Shown here: piece after piece, positions 17,879 through 26,559 of the stretch
Position numbering within the stretch: the first letter of the stretch is position 1
Layout of the letters: each line of letters opens with the position of its first letter
Origin: an uncultured Acidobacteriota bacterium
Lineage (GTDB): Bacteria; Acidobacteriota; Vicinamibacteria; Vicinamibacterales; CAVVIG01
DNA length: 64,000 nt
Direction: 5' to 3'
NCBI GenBank assembly: GCA_963725105.1
Contig: CAVRXZ010000017.1
Span: 3,975-67,974 of the forward strand
The notes under the pieces: model-generated
The model's input: the letters and a program-made list of their open reading frames with translations, nothing else
What the model was told of the DNA's origin: nothing
The model's database searches: none
Translations under genes and position numbers: made by a program

Positions 17879-18895
17879 TCAGGGTCGCGCCGGCGGTGCG
17901 GGTGTAGGCACCGTCGATGCGGGCAGCGGCCAGTTTCCTACGTAGGGCGGCCAGTTCGGCACGGCGAGCTCAGGCCCCGGGTAGAACATCGCCGTGTAGA
18001 TGGTTCGAATCCTGCCGTCTTCGACGTTGAACCACTCGCTGAACACATTGCGGGGAGTCGGCGATCCGGGGCGTCTGATGAAGACCGCCATGCCGAGCGC
18101 CACCTGCGCGTCCTCATCGACTAGAGGGATTCGCCGCGCGACCACCATCGAGACATTGAAGTTCGCGAGGCCGGACACACAGTCGTTCGGCGTTCCATTC
18201 GTCGCTGGAGGCGGTCCCACAGGTGCGGTCCCGGGAGGGAGAGGCGGCAGGAAGCGGCCGGCAGGCGCGGGAGTGCCGTTCTCCGCGCGACCGCAACCTG
18301 GGTGTGTCAGCGCCACCGAGCCGTCGTGCGAGGTGATGGCGTCGAAGTAGCTGTTGACGACCGCCACGAGTTCGTCGCGTGACAGGCGCTGGCCCTTGGG
18401 TACCACACGGTCCGGTGGAGGATTGGCGACCAGGTACTCAGGATTGTGAAGGTTGGCCGGCGGCCGACCGGGTTGCCGCGGACCGTTCAGCCCGGGATCG
18501 TTGGCGCGGGCCAGATACCACTCGGCCTCGGTGAGCTTGCGATTCTCGATGCGCAGTCGCACCGTCGCCACTGCCACTTCGCCGCCTTCTTCAACGAGCC
18601 CGTAATAACCCGCCTGGCCGCTGACAGGGTCCAGATACCGGCGTTGCATCTTGCCAAGGCCCGTGACGGTCTGCCACACCCCGCCGCCCGGGGACACATT
18701 GATCGCGTTCTCGGTCTGGCGGAAGCCGACGCTGAGCGCGACGGCCTTCGGATCATGCTTGATCACGGCGGCGAGATACTGATCGAGCAGCGTCCGCAGG
18801 CACGTCCGATCGCAGACCGCCTGCGCCGACGCGCCGCTGACGTCGCCCATCGCTACGAGCAATCCGAGCAGCGTCCATCGTCCCCATCGAGCCAT
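17879..18895 (-). CDS. Secreted hypothetical protein
   Basis: 338-aa ORF with signal peptide MARWGRWTLLGLLVAMGDVSGASA and no recognisable catalytic motifs. The N-terminal part may be NTF2-like. Coding-like G/C third positions. It converges on 16855-17868 with a 10-nt gap. Confidence 0.6.
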   Translation of the reverse strand: MARWGRWTLLGLLVAMGDVSGASAQAVCDRTCLRTLLDQYLAAVIKHDPKAVALSVGFRQTENAINVSPGGGVWQTVTGLGKMQRRYLDPVSGQAGYYGLVEEGGEVAVATVRLRIENRKLTEAEWYLARANDPGLNGPRQPGRPPANLHNPEYLVANPPPDRVVPKGQRLSRDELVAVVNSYFDAITSHDGSVALTHPGCGRAENGTPAPAGRFLPPLPPGTAPVGPPPATNGTPNDCVSGLANFNVSMVVARRIPLVDEDAQVALGMAVFIRRPGSPTPRNVFSEWFNVEDGRIRTIYTAMFYPGPELAVPNWPPYVGNWPLPASTVPTPAPPARP

Positions 18896-18920
18896 TGAAT
18901 GTCCTCCGTTGCGACCAACG

Positions 18921-19766
18921 CTACTTCACCATGTGCGGTCGGTCTCTCTCGTTCTCAGTGCAGACGTATTCCAGGATGTCCGTGTCAGCCTGAAGGAGAT
19001 GCGTGACCTTCACCGTGAACGGCTTGCTGTACGTCTTCGGATCGTCAAAGGTGATCTCGACGTCGAGGTGACCGACGTCGCGCCGAGTGTAGCGTTCGGT
19101 CATGCGCATGGCGTCGCTGCGCGGATGGCCGCGCAAGTCGAGCCACGCGCGATCGTTCAACCCCACGGTTTCGACGACCAGCGTGTCGCGGTCCCAACGT
19201 CCCACCGACGAGCCAAGCCAGGACGGGCTGGGATCGGCCGGGAGCGGTCGTCGATCCGTGTAGATCTGGCGCGGGATGCCGTCGATTTCGTGTATGACCA
19301 GAATCAATCCTGGTGTTTGCACGATCTTCTGCACTTCGGAAAGAAGTGTCGCGAGAGGCGTGCCCATCGGCAGACAGTGCGTCGACGGCAGAAGCTCGTC
19401 GCCCGACCTTCGACGCATGAAGATCGCTTCTGCTGCCGGCGTCAGGACGATTTCTCCAGGCTTGAAATCCAGCAGGATGTCTGCGGCGTACTTCGACGTC
19501 GTGGTCGGCTCCATGCCTGGCAGGAAAACCTTGCCGTAATCTGGTCCGAACAGCCGCCGTTTCTCTTCCAGCGACTCGGACTGCACGTGCCAGACGCCCG
19601 AGAGATCGGGCCTGCCGTCGGCGGTGCGCGGCGCCCTGGCCGCGAGGTCAGGTTTACCGTTTGAGAGGCGAGGGACTCCAGGCGTCGGATAGTTCAGCCA
19701 CTGAGCGGATGCCGCCTGCAGCATGGCCGCGACGACGAGCATCACCAACCCGACGCGAGCCGGCAC
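18921..19766 (-). CDS. Secreted protein of the uncharacterised family (member A)
   Basis: GTG start with RBS gagggagg, 16 nt after member B. Signal peptide is followed by AQWLNYPTPGVPRLSNGKPDLAARAPRTADGRPDLSGVWHV. Further blocks are STHCLPMG, RQIYTDRRPLP, WLGSSVGRWDRDTLVVETVG and C-terminal YVCTENERDRPHMVK. Confidence 0.8.
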   Translation of the reverse strand: MPARVGLVMLVVAAMLQAASAQWLNYPTPGVPRLSNGKPDLAARAPRTADGRPDLSGVWHVQSESLEEKRRLFGPDYGKVFLPGMEPTTTSKYAADILLDFKPGEIVLTPAAEAIFMRRRSGDELLPSTHCLPMGTPLATLLSEVQKIVQTPGLILVIHEIDGIPRQIYTDRRPLPADPSPSWLGSSVGRWDRDTLVVETVGLNDRAWLDLRGHPRSDAMRMTERYTRRDVGHLDVEITFDDPKTYSKPFTVKVTHLLQADTDILEYVCTENERDRPHMVK

Positions 19767-19782
19767 GGCAGTCCTCCCTCGA

Positions 19783-20601
19783 TCACTTCACCATGTGCAC
19801 CCAGGACTTCTCGTTCTCGAGGCAGTAGTAGTCCAGCAGCTCACTGTCCAGCACCAGCGGCTGCCTCAGCGTGACCGTCCAGGGCGCGGTGTAGGATTTC
19901 GGATCATCGATCGTCATTTCGATTTCCAGAGTCCCGTAATCCGGACGCCGGATCTTTTCGGTCAGCTTGCCCGTGCCGGTCAGGGGATTGCCAAACGCAT
20001 CCAGCCAGAGCTCGTCGCGGAAGCCTGAGGTCTGCACGACCAGCGTGTCGCCATCCCACTTGGCCGTTGAGTAGCCGTTCCAGGTCGGATTCTGATCGTC
20101 GGGAAGAGGCCGTCCGTCGGTGAAGATCTGGCGATACTGCATGTTGCGCTCGGTCAGAATCACCACCCGGTCGGGAAGCTGAAAGATCCGCTTATAGTAG
20201 TCGTCGGTCCAGATCCTCGGTGCTCCGCGCGGCATGCAGTGCACATTGGGATCCTGGTCCTGGGCCGCCGTTCGCTTCTTGACCAGATCCGCCACCCCGG
20301 GCTGGTACGGCAGGCCGCCCTTCAGGGTGGCGGCGATGTTCATGAACTCCCGCGAGATCTGGAAATCGTTGCAGTGCGCGCCGCAGTTTGCCCGGGTTTC
20401 CCAGCCCCACATGCCGCTCAGGTCAGGTTTTCCGTCAGCTGTTCGCGGCGCGGGTGCCGACATGTTGGGTTGGCCGTCGGATGTGCGCGGCACGCCTGCA
20501 GTGGGGTAATTCAGCCATTGGGCGTCGACAATTCCAGGGATTCCCGGGATTGCGGCGATAATCAAAGCTGCCTGGAGAAACAGGCGTAACTGAGCTGCCA
20601 T
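19783..20601 (-). CDS. Secreted protein of the uncharacterised family (member B)
   Basis: Signal peptide is followed by AQWLNYPTAGVPRTSDGQPNMSAPAPRTADGKPDLSGMWGW. Further blocks are NVHCMPRG, RQIFTDGRPLP, WNGYSTAKWDGDTLVVQTSG and C-terminal YYCLENEKSWVHMVK. Confidence 0.8.
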   Translation of the reverse strand: MAAQLRLFLQAALIIAAIPGIPGIVDAQWLNYPTAGVPRTSDGQPNMSAPAPRTADGKPDLSGMWGWETRANCGAHCNDFQISREFMNIAATLKGGLPYQPGVADLVKKRTAAQDQDPNVHCMPRGAPRIWTDDYYKRIFQLPDRVVILTERNMQYRQIFTDGRPLPDDQNPTWNGYSTAKWDGDTLVVQTSGFRDELWLDAFGNPLTGTGKLTEKIRRPDYGTLEIEMTIDDPKSYTAPWTVTLRQPLVLDSELLDYYCLENEKSWVHMVK

Positions 20602-20637
20602 GAATTGTTTAATCTATCACTTCAAAGGGAGTGAGCT

Positions 20638-21717
20638 ATGGCCCGATCGTGGATGACGCTGTCGGGAAAGGTGTTGGGGATTCCGGCGTTCGTGGCACTG
20701 CTGGCCGTGCCGGCAAACGCGCAAACACCCGCATCTGGCAAGCCTGCTTTGAAGAGCGCAACCTCGCAGGCGAGAACGCCGTGGGGCGACCCCGATCTTC
20801 AGGGCAACTGGACGACCGACTCGGCGTACGGCATTCCGCTGCAGCGGCCCGACAAGTTTGCCGGCCGCGCCGAACTGACCGACGAGGAATTCAAGGCCAA
20901 GGTCGAGGAAGACATCAAACGACGCAATCGTGCCTTGACCGTGGGGGACGGCAGCATCGGTGCGATCAGTGAAGATGCCGCCTGGCTGACGCGGACATTC
21001 CGGCAGACCTCGCTCATCGTCCAGCCGGCGGACGGAAAAATGCCACCGCTGACCGCGGAGGCGCAGGAGCGACAGGCCCGCGCCCCACAGGGCACGTACG
21101 GCAACGGCCCGCTCGACGGCCCGGAGGATTTCGGACTGTACGATCGCTGCATTACGTTGGGAGTCGTCGGCTCCGTGGTCCCGAAGATCTACGGGAACGG
21201 CCATCGCATCGTCCAGGCGCCAGGCTACGTGGCCTTCCTCAACGAGATGGTTCACGAGCATCGCATCATTCCACTGGATGGTCGCCCCCACGAGGGAGCC
21301 GCCATCCAGACGTATATGGGCGACTCGAGGGGACACTGGGAAGGCAATACCTTGGTCGTCGAGACAACGAATCTCAATGGCAAGGCGCCGTTCCTGGGAG
21401 GTCGTAAGGTCGTCGAGCGATTCACAAGGCTCGAGCCTGAGTTGCTGCAATATGAGGCCCTCATCGACGATCCGGGAACGTACACGCGGCCGCTCAAGGT
21501 GTCGATCCCGCTGACGGCTCCGGCCGGCTATCTGGTGTTGCCCTACGATTGCCACGAAGGGAACAAAGCCCTGATGCAGGCGCTCGGCGGCGAGCGGGCG
21601 GAAGATCGGGCGCTGGCCGAAGATCTCAAGAAGGGCATGGTCCGCGCCCGGAAACCGGTCCAGAACGGTCTTACCGTCGGCGGCTCAACTGTCCGCAGCG
21701 AGTTCGAGCCACGCTGA
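20638..21717 (+). CDS. Secreted protein of the uncharacterised family (member C, divergent, with C-terminal extension)
   Basis: RBS agggag. Signal peptide is ...PAFVALLAVPANA. Family blocks are TPWGDPDLQGNWTTD, LYDRCITLG, HRIIPLDGRPH, YMGDSRGHWEGNTLVVETTN and PYDCHEGN. It diverges from member B across only 36 bp. Confidence 0.8.
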   Translation: MARSWMTLSGKVLGIPAFVALLAVPANAQTPASGKPALKSATSQARTPWGDPDLQGNWTTDSAYGIPLQRPDKFAGRAELTDEEFKAKVEEDIKRRNRALTVGDGSIGAISEDAAWLTRTFRQTSLIVQPADGKMPPLTAEAQERQARAPQGTYGNGPLDGPEDFGLYDRCITLGVVGSVVPKIYGNGHRIVQAPGYVAFLNEMVHEHRIIPLDGRPHEGAAIQTYMGDSRGHWEGNTLVVETTNLNGKAPFLGGRKVVERFTRLEPELLQYEALIDDPGTYTRPLKVSIPLTAPAGYLVLPYDCHEGNKALMQALGGERAEDRALAEDLKKGMVRARKPVQNGLTVGGSTVRSEFEPR

Positions 21718-21732
21718 GCGAGGGAGAGAACG

Positions 21733-22143
21733 ATGCGAAACAAGCTCTTGCTGACCGTCATTGGCTGCTCGCTCAGTTCCGGCGGGGTCTTGGCGCATCA
21801 CTCTTTTGCGGCGGAATTCGACGCGAATCAGCCGATCACGTTGAGCGGTACGATCACGAAGATGGAATGGATCAATCCGCATGCGTGGATTCATATGGAA
21901 GTCAAGAAGCCCGACGGCACGGTGGAGAACTGGGAGATTGAAACCGGCAATCCCAGCGCGCTGATTCGTCGCGGCTTCAACAAGAACTCGCTGCCCGCCG
22001 GCACTGAAATCACGGTGTCTGGCTTTCGCGCCAAAGACGGCGGCATGAGAGCGAACGGGCGCGACCTGACGTTCAAGGACGGGAAGAGGCTCTTCGTCGG
22101 TTCATCGGGAACCGGTGCGCCTGACGAACGGCCGGGGCAGTAA
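21733..22143 (+). CDS. DUF6152-like small exported protein (mature N-terminus HHSF)
   Basis: 136-aa ORF. Signal peptide MRNKLLLTVIGCSLSSGGVLA is followed directly by HHSFAAEFDANQPITLSGTITKMEWINPHAWIHMEV. This matches my recollection of the DUF6152 family pattern (AHHSFA.FD...L.G.V....W.NPH.W). Confidence 0.7.
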   Translation: MRNKLLLTVIGCSLSSGGVLAHHSFAAEFDANQPITLSGTITKMEWINPHAWIHMEVKKPDGTVENWEIETGNPSALIRRGFNKNSLPAGTEITVSGFRAKDGGMRANGRDLTFKDGKRLFVGSSGTGAPDERPGQ

Positions 22144-22153
22144 GTTTCAGAAC

Positions 22154-22192
22154 GGCAAAGGCTACGGGCTACGGGCAACGGGCACGGGCAAC
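22154..22192. repeat. GGC(T/A)ACG heptamer tandem array
   Basis: ggcaaag ggctacg ggctacg ggcaacg ggcacg ggcaac, in the intergenic region between 22143 and 22214. Confidence 0.7.
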
Positions 22193-22213
22193 AGCAGAAA
22201 GCAAAGGTTAACC

Positions 22214-22856
22214 ATGTCCAAAGAAAGCGTGGTCACGCCGGAGCGGTTCGAGCACGCCCTCACATACGCCGACTACGTGGCGGGGGTCGCAGTCAATCGG
22301 GATCAGTTCGAGCACTACTATCAAACCGTCCGTCTCACGGACGATGACGTCGCGTTTTTCAGGCAGGCTGCAGCGCGTCCTTCTGGGCCGGCTGAACTCC
22401 TGGCCATCGCGGAAGCGTGGTGCCCTGATGTGTTCCGCGGACTTCCGGTGTTCGCCCGCATTGCGGAAGCCTCCAACATGACCTTGAGGGTCGTGCTGCG
22501 CGACGAGAATCCCGACATCATGGACGAGTTCCTGCTGAACGGGACGGCGCGCGCGATTCCGGTCGCGGTCTTTTACACGAAGGATCATCGGTACATCGCC
22601 CACTGGATCGAGCGGCCGGCCGTGGCCCATGCCGAGATCGCCCGGGTCAAGGCCGAGTTCAGCACGCATCACCCCACGGTGGATCTGAAGACGGCCGACA
22701 GGTGCAGACAGACAGGCTCTGATTTCGTTCTTCGACGCGCGGCTGCCGCAGCACTATGTCGCATGGCAGGCAGAAACCATCCGCGAGATTCGCGAGCTGC
22801 TGGCGTCGGCGCTGGCGCCTGCCGACGATCGACCCCTCACGGTGCCGGCCCGATGA
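22214..22856 (+). CDS. Thioredoxin-like family protein (single-Cys WCPD motif), one apparent frameshift near 22700-22725
   Basis: Translation from ATG 22214 gives MSKESVVTPERFEHALTYADY...LLAIAEAWCPDVFRGLPVFARI...AIPVAVFYTKDHRYIAHWIERP. After ...HHPTVDLKTAD the sequence continues in another frame as ...QALISFFDARLPQHYVAWQAETIREIRELLASALAPADDRPLTVPAR*. The 322-aa track ORF 22115-23083 is an artefactual fusion. Confidence 0.6.
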
Positions 22857-23083
22857 GCCCGACGATTCCCATCGTCTACACCATTCGTGGCTGCGACGCC
22901 TGCGTCAAGCTGCTCGAAAAGTGGAATAAGGAAGGCATTGAGTACGAGGAGCGGCGCGCCGAGCTGAGCCAGGCGACCATGGACGAGGCGCGGCGCTACG
23001 GCGACGCGGTCCCGATCGTCGTCTGGCCCGATGGGAGAGTGGAGCAGGGCTTCGCCGGACATATCGGCTGCTACATTATCTGA
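22853..23083 (+). CDS. Glutaredoxin/NrdH-like small redox protein
   Basis: ATG overlaps the upstream stop (ATGA at 22853-22856). The sequence is MSPTIPIVYTIRGCDACVKLLEKWNKEGIEYEERR...VPIVVWPDGRVEQGF. It has a CxxC motif (CDAC) in a Grx-type beta-alpha-beta context. Confidence 0.7.
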   Translation: MSPTIPIVYTIRGCDACVKLLEKWNKEGIEYEERRAELSQATMDEARRYGDAVPIVVWPDGRVEQGFAGHIGCYII

Positions 23084-23227
23084 GGCGGTCAGCCCTCAGT
23101 TCCCCGCGCGTCGGTGCGCGCTCCAAATCCCGCTCTGCTTACCATTTACCCCAGCTCATCCGATCTCCATTGCTTTGGATCCGGCACGCGAAAGGCTGGA
23201 ATCAGGCCCTTTCCCGGAAGATGTGCA

Positions 23228-23257
23228 TTGACACCACACACAGATCTTTTTTAAATA
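23228..23257 (+). promoter_or_regulatory. Candidate sigma-70 promoter upstream of the TonB-receptor-like gene
   Basis: TTGACA at 23228-23233, a 17-nt spacer, then TTAAAT at 23251-23256 (or TAAATA at 23252-23257 with an 18-nt spacer). It lies in an unusually AT-rich stretch about 80 nt upstream of ATG 23335. Confidence 0.45.
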
Positions 23258-23334
23258 CCCGATTGTATTTCGACAGAAACCTTACATTTACCGGCGTTTA
23301 ACGTGACCGGTCTGGTCTGAGCTGGAGGTTGTCA

Positions 23335-26300
23335 ATGCGGGAGAGGTGGAGGCTCACCATGCTGAGATGTGTCAAGGCGGCCTTGGTGTTCGTGGCGCTG
23401 CTGGCTGTTCCGGCAGCCGTCTACGCGCAAACGGCGATCGTGGGTACGGTCAGAGACGCATCCGGGGGGGTTGTGCCGGGCGTCACCGTCGAGGCGTCCA
23501 GCCCGGTGCTCATCGAAAAGACGCGGTCGGTTGTGACCAGCGCGACGGGGCAGTACACGATCGAGGACCTGCGGCCCGGGACGTACACGGTGACGTTCAC
23601 GCTGACCGGTTTCGCCACGGTCAGACGCGAGGGCATCGAGTTGACCGGGACGTTCATCGCCACCGTCAACGCCGAGATGAGGGTTGGCGGCGTGTCGGAA
23701 ACGATCACCGTCAGCGGTGAAGCACCCGTCGTCGATGTGACGAGCTCGCGCAGTCAGGAAACCATCAGCGGCGAGACGGTGGCCCAACTCCCCACGTCCC
23801 GACAATACGGCGCCCTCATTTCGCTCGTTCCCTCGATCAACGTGCAGGGCGGCAATGAGGTCGGCGGGGCCGGGGGGAACATCTTCAACGTGTTCCAGAT
23901 TCACGGCGGACGTCGCAACGAAGGACAGGTCCTGGTCGACGGCATGAGCGCCGGCTACCAGGGCATGGGCGTGTCCAGCTACGTAACCGAGATCGGCAAC
24001 GCTCAGGAAATCAATTTCAGTTTGGCCGGCGGCCTGGGCGAGGCGACCACCGGCGGCCCGCAGCTGAACATCATCGGCAAGCAGGGCGGCAACATGTTTG
24101 CCGGGAGCTTCTTCATCACCGGCACGGGCAGCGGGTTCCAGGGCAGCAACATCACGCCGGAGCTGGAGGCCAAAGGCTTCCATCAGGCGCAATCGGTGGC
24201 GGAGTCGTGGGACATCAATCCCTCGTTCGGCGGCCCGATCGTCAAAGACAAGCTGTGGTTCTTCGGCACGTTCCGCTATCAGAGCAACGACCAGAATGTC
24301 GCCAGCATGTACGTCAACCTGAATGCCGGCAATAATGCGGCATGGACGTATCTTCCCGCCGACGGCCAGGGCGGCCGGCCGCTGGAGCAAGCGATCGACG
24401 ACGGTCGGTGGAAGAACGGCTCCTTGCGGCTGACGTGGCAGCCGACGCCGAGAAACAAGATCAACTACTGGTCGGACGTCCAGTACATCTGCCAGCACTG
24501 TATCCAGGGCGGCGATAGTTCCGGGCTCACCTTCGGGGGGTTGATTGCCTCACCCGAGGCGCTGCAGCGGGTCGAAAACCGCCCGAACCAGATGACCCAG
24601 ATCAGCTGGACGTCTCCGTTGACGCCGCGTCTGCTGCTCGAGGCCAACGTCCAACTCGGCCCGTACTTCTGGTGGGGCGGTAGCCAGAAGAATCCATACG
24701 ATACGACGACCATTCAAGTGCAGGACGACGGCGGTAACGGCTTCATTCCGGGGATCAACTACCGGTCGTCCCCTTGGTCGAACAATACCGGCTATACGAA
24801 CATCATCCAGGGCTCCGCGTCGTACGTGACCGGGTCGCATTCGGCGAAATTCGGCGCCCGCTACCACTCCAACGATTCGACGTTCCCAAAGAACTACTAC
24901 AACAATTCCCAACTCAAGTACTTCTTCAATAACGGCGTTCCCTACCAGTTCACCGCGTACGCCGACCAGGGGTCGGACCAGCACCAGCATCAGGGCATGG
25001 TCGCCCTGTATGCGCAGGATCGGTGGACGCTGCGCCGGCTCACCCTGCAGGGCGGTCTCCGCTTCGAGCGCCTCGCCGATTCGTTCGACCAACAGCAGAT
25101 GGGGCCGAATATCCTCGTGCCGACCGCCATCGTGTTTCCTGCCTCGAAGGGCCCGCTCGACCACAAGGATCTACAGCCCAGGTTCGGCGCGTCCTACGAC
25201 GTTTTTGGCAACGGGAAGACCGCGGCCAAGTTCTTCATGGGCGAGTACGTGACGACCGTGAACACCGTCGATGAATGGCTGCACTACAGCCCGGCGGGAG
25301 CACTGTCGTTCGTTTCTTCGGATGCCAACCGTTCGTGGGCGGACAACAACAACGACTACGTCGTGAATTGCGACATACTCAATCCGGCGCGCAGAGCCCC
25401 GCAACGACCGGCAGCATCGACACATGTGGCGCGGGGAATTCCTCTTTCTTGAAGACCGTCTCCCCCTACCAGATCGATCCGGCGGCCACCACGGGCTGGA
25501 ACACCCGGGAGCACAGCTGGGACCTGATGGCTGGCATCACACAGCAGATCGCTCCGCGGGTATCGGTGGAGGTGGCTTTCAATCACCGGAGCTGGGGCAA
25601 CCTGACGACGGTGATCAACCGCGCCCTGACGCCCGCCGATTTCAATCCGTTCATAGTCAACGTGCCGAATGATCCCAAACTACCAGGCGGCGGAGGCTAT
25701 CCGCTGACCTTCTACGAGATCTCGCCTGCAAAGTTCAATCAGTTCGATAACCTCTTCACGCTCGCCGACAATGCCGGCGGCACCACGAACAGCTACAAAG
25801 GCGTCGACTTTAACGTGAACGCGCGCTTCAAGGAGGTGGTCATCCAGGGTGGTTTCAGCACTGGAAACGTCATCGAGGACGATTGTGGCGTCGTGCATCA
25901 GCACCCTGAGACCTTTATTTCTGCGTACCTGGGCGGAGGCACGCTCGATGCCTTCTACAACTTCCTCCCCGTCGGCGTACCTGGGCAATGGCCGCAGTCC
26001 TTCTGCCATCGCGAGTCGGGGTGGCAGACGAACGTCAAGGCTCTGGCGACGTACAACGTGCCCAAGTTGGACCTGCTGCTCAGCGGAACGGTCCACAGCC
26101 AAGCGTTTGCGGGGAGCAACTTCCCGGCAGTCTCCAGCCAGAGCCTGTCTGGATTGCAGGGGCTGCTTTTCTTCCAAACCAACCTCGGAAGGCCGTTCTC
26201 TGGTGCGCTGCCTTTCCAGTTCTTCAACATCGTCGAGCCCGGTAACGATGTACGGCGATCGGATAACGGGGGTCGATTTCCGGGTAGGAAAGAACCTGAG

Positions 26301-26475
26301 GTTCGGGCGGACCCGCACGTTGATTGCGCTCGACATCTTCAACCTGGGCAACTCCAACGCGACGGACGTCTATCAGCTGAGTTACGGCGTCATCACTCCA
26401 AACCCCAGCTATCTCAACCCGCTGTCAATCACGCAGGCGCGCCTCTTCAAGATCAGCGCGCAGTTCGACTTCTGA
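23335..26475 (+). CDS. TonB-dependent receptor-like outer-membrane protein with N-terminal carboxypeptidase-regulatory-like domain; two apparent frameshifts (about 25385-25400 and about 26235-26250)
   Basis: RBS ggagg at 23324-23328. Signal peptide is ...VFVALLAVPAAVYA. The CarboxypepD_reg-type domain reads QTAIVGTVRDASGGVVPGVTVEASSP...TGQYTIEDLRPGTYTVTFTLTGFATV. Three track ORFs (23329-25452, 25275-26489, 25849-26475) join as ...DYVVNCDILNPA/AQSPATTGSIDTCG... and ...LPFQFFNIVEPG/TMYGDRITGVDFRVGKNLRF.... The C-terminus ARLFKISAQFDF is typical of beta-barrel proteins. Confidence 0.75.
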
Positions 26476-26478
26476 GAA

Positions 26479-26557
26479 AGGGCAGGTAGGGCGGGAGGCG
26501 CGGGAAGGGCAGGAAGGGAAATACCCTTCCAGCCCCTCCTGCCTTCCAGCCCTACCG
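26479..26557. terminator. Long GC-rich imperfect hairpin between convergent genes (putative bidirectional terminator)
   Basis: Left arm is agggcaggtagggcgggaggcgcgggaagggcaggaaggg, the loop is aaata, and the right arm is cccttccagcccctcctgccttccagccctacc. About 19 positions next to the loop pair, with a few mismatches. It lies between the stops at 26475(+) and 26560(-). Confidence 0.55.
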
Positions 26558-26559
26558 TG

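Noticed and set aside
18001-18016. ggttcgaatcctgcc, identical to a tRNA T-arm/T-loop consensus
   Set aside because: The flanking sequence does not form T-stem, acceptor, anticodon or D arms. It lies inside a well-supported coding region (17879-18895).
22115-23083. 322-aa ORF suggesting a thioredoxin-glutaredoxin fusion
   Set aside because: The middle section (…DRCRQTGSDFVLRRAAAAALCRMAGRN…) is out-of-frame. A second frame gives a normal Trx-like C-terminus ending at 22856, and the Grx-like gene starts at its own ATG at 22853. These are therefore two genes, one of which carries an indel.
20617-24498. ORFs 20617-21555(-) and 23332-24498(-)
   Set aside because: They are antisense to family member C and the TonB-receptor-like gene. 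The same applies to 36784-37887(+), 39763-40845(-), 44567-45859(-) and 46608-47402(+) elsewhere in the window.
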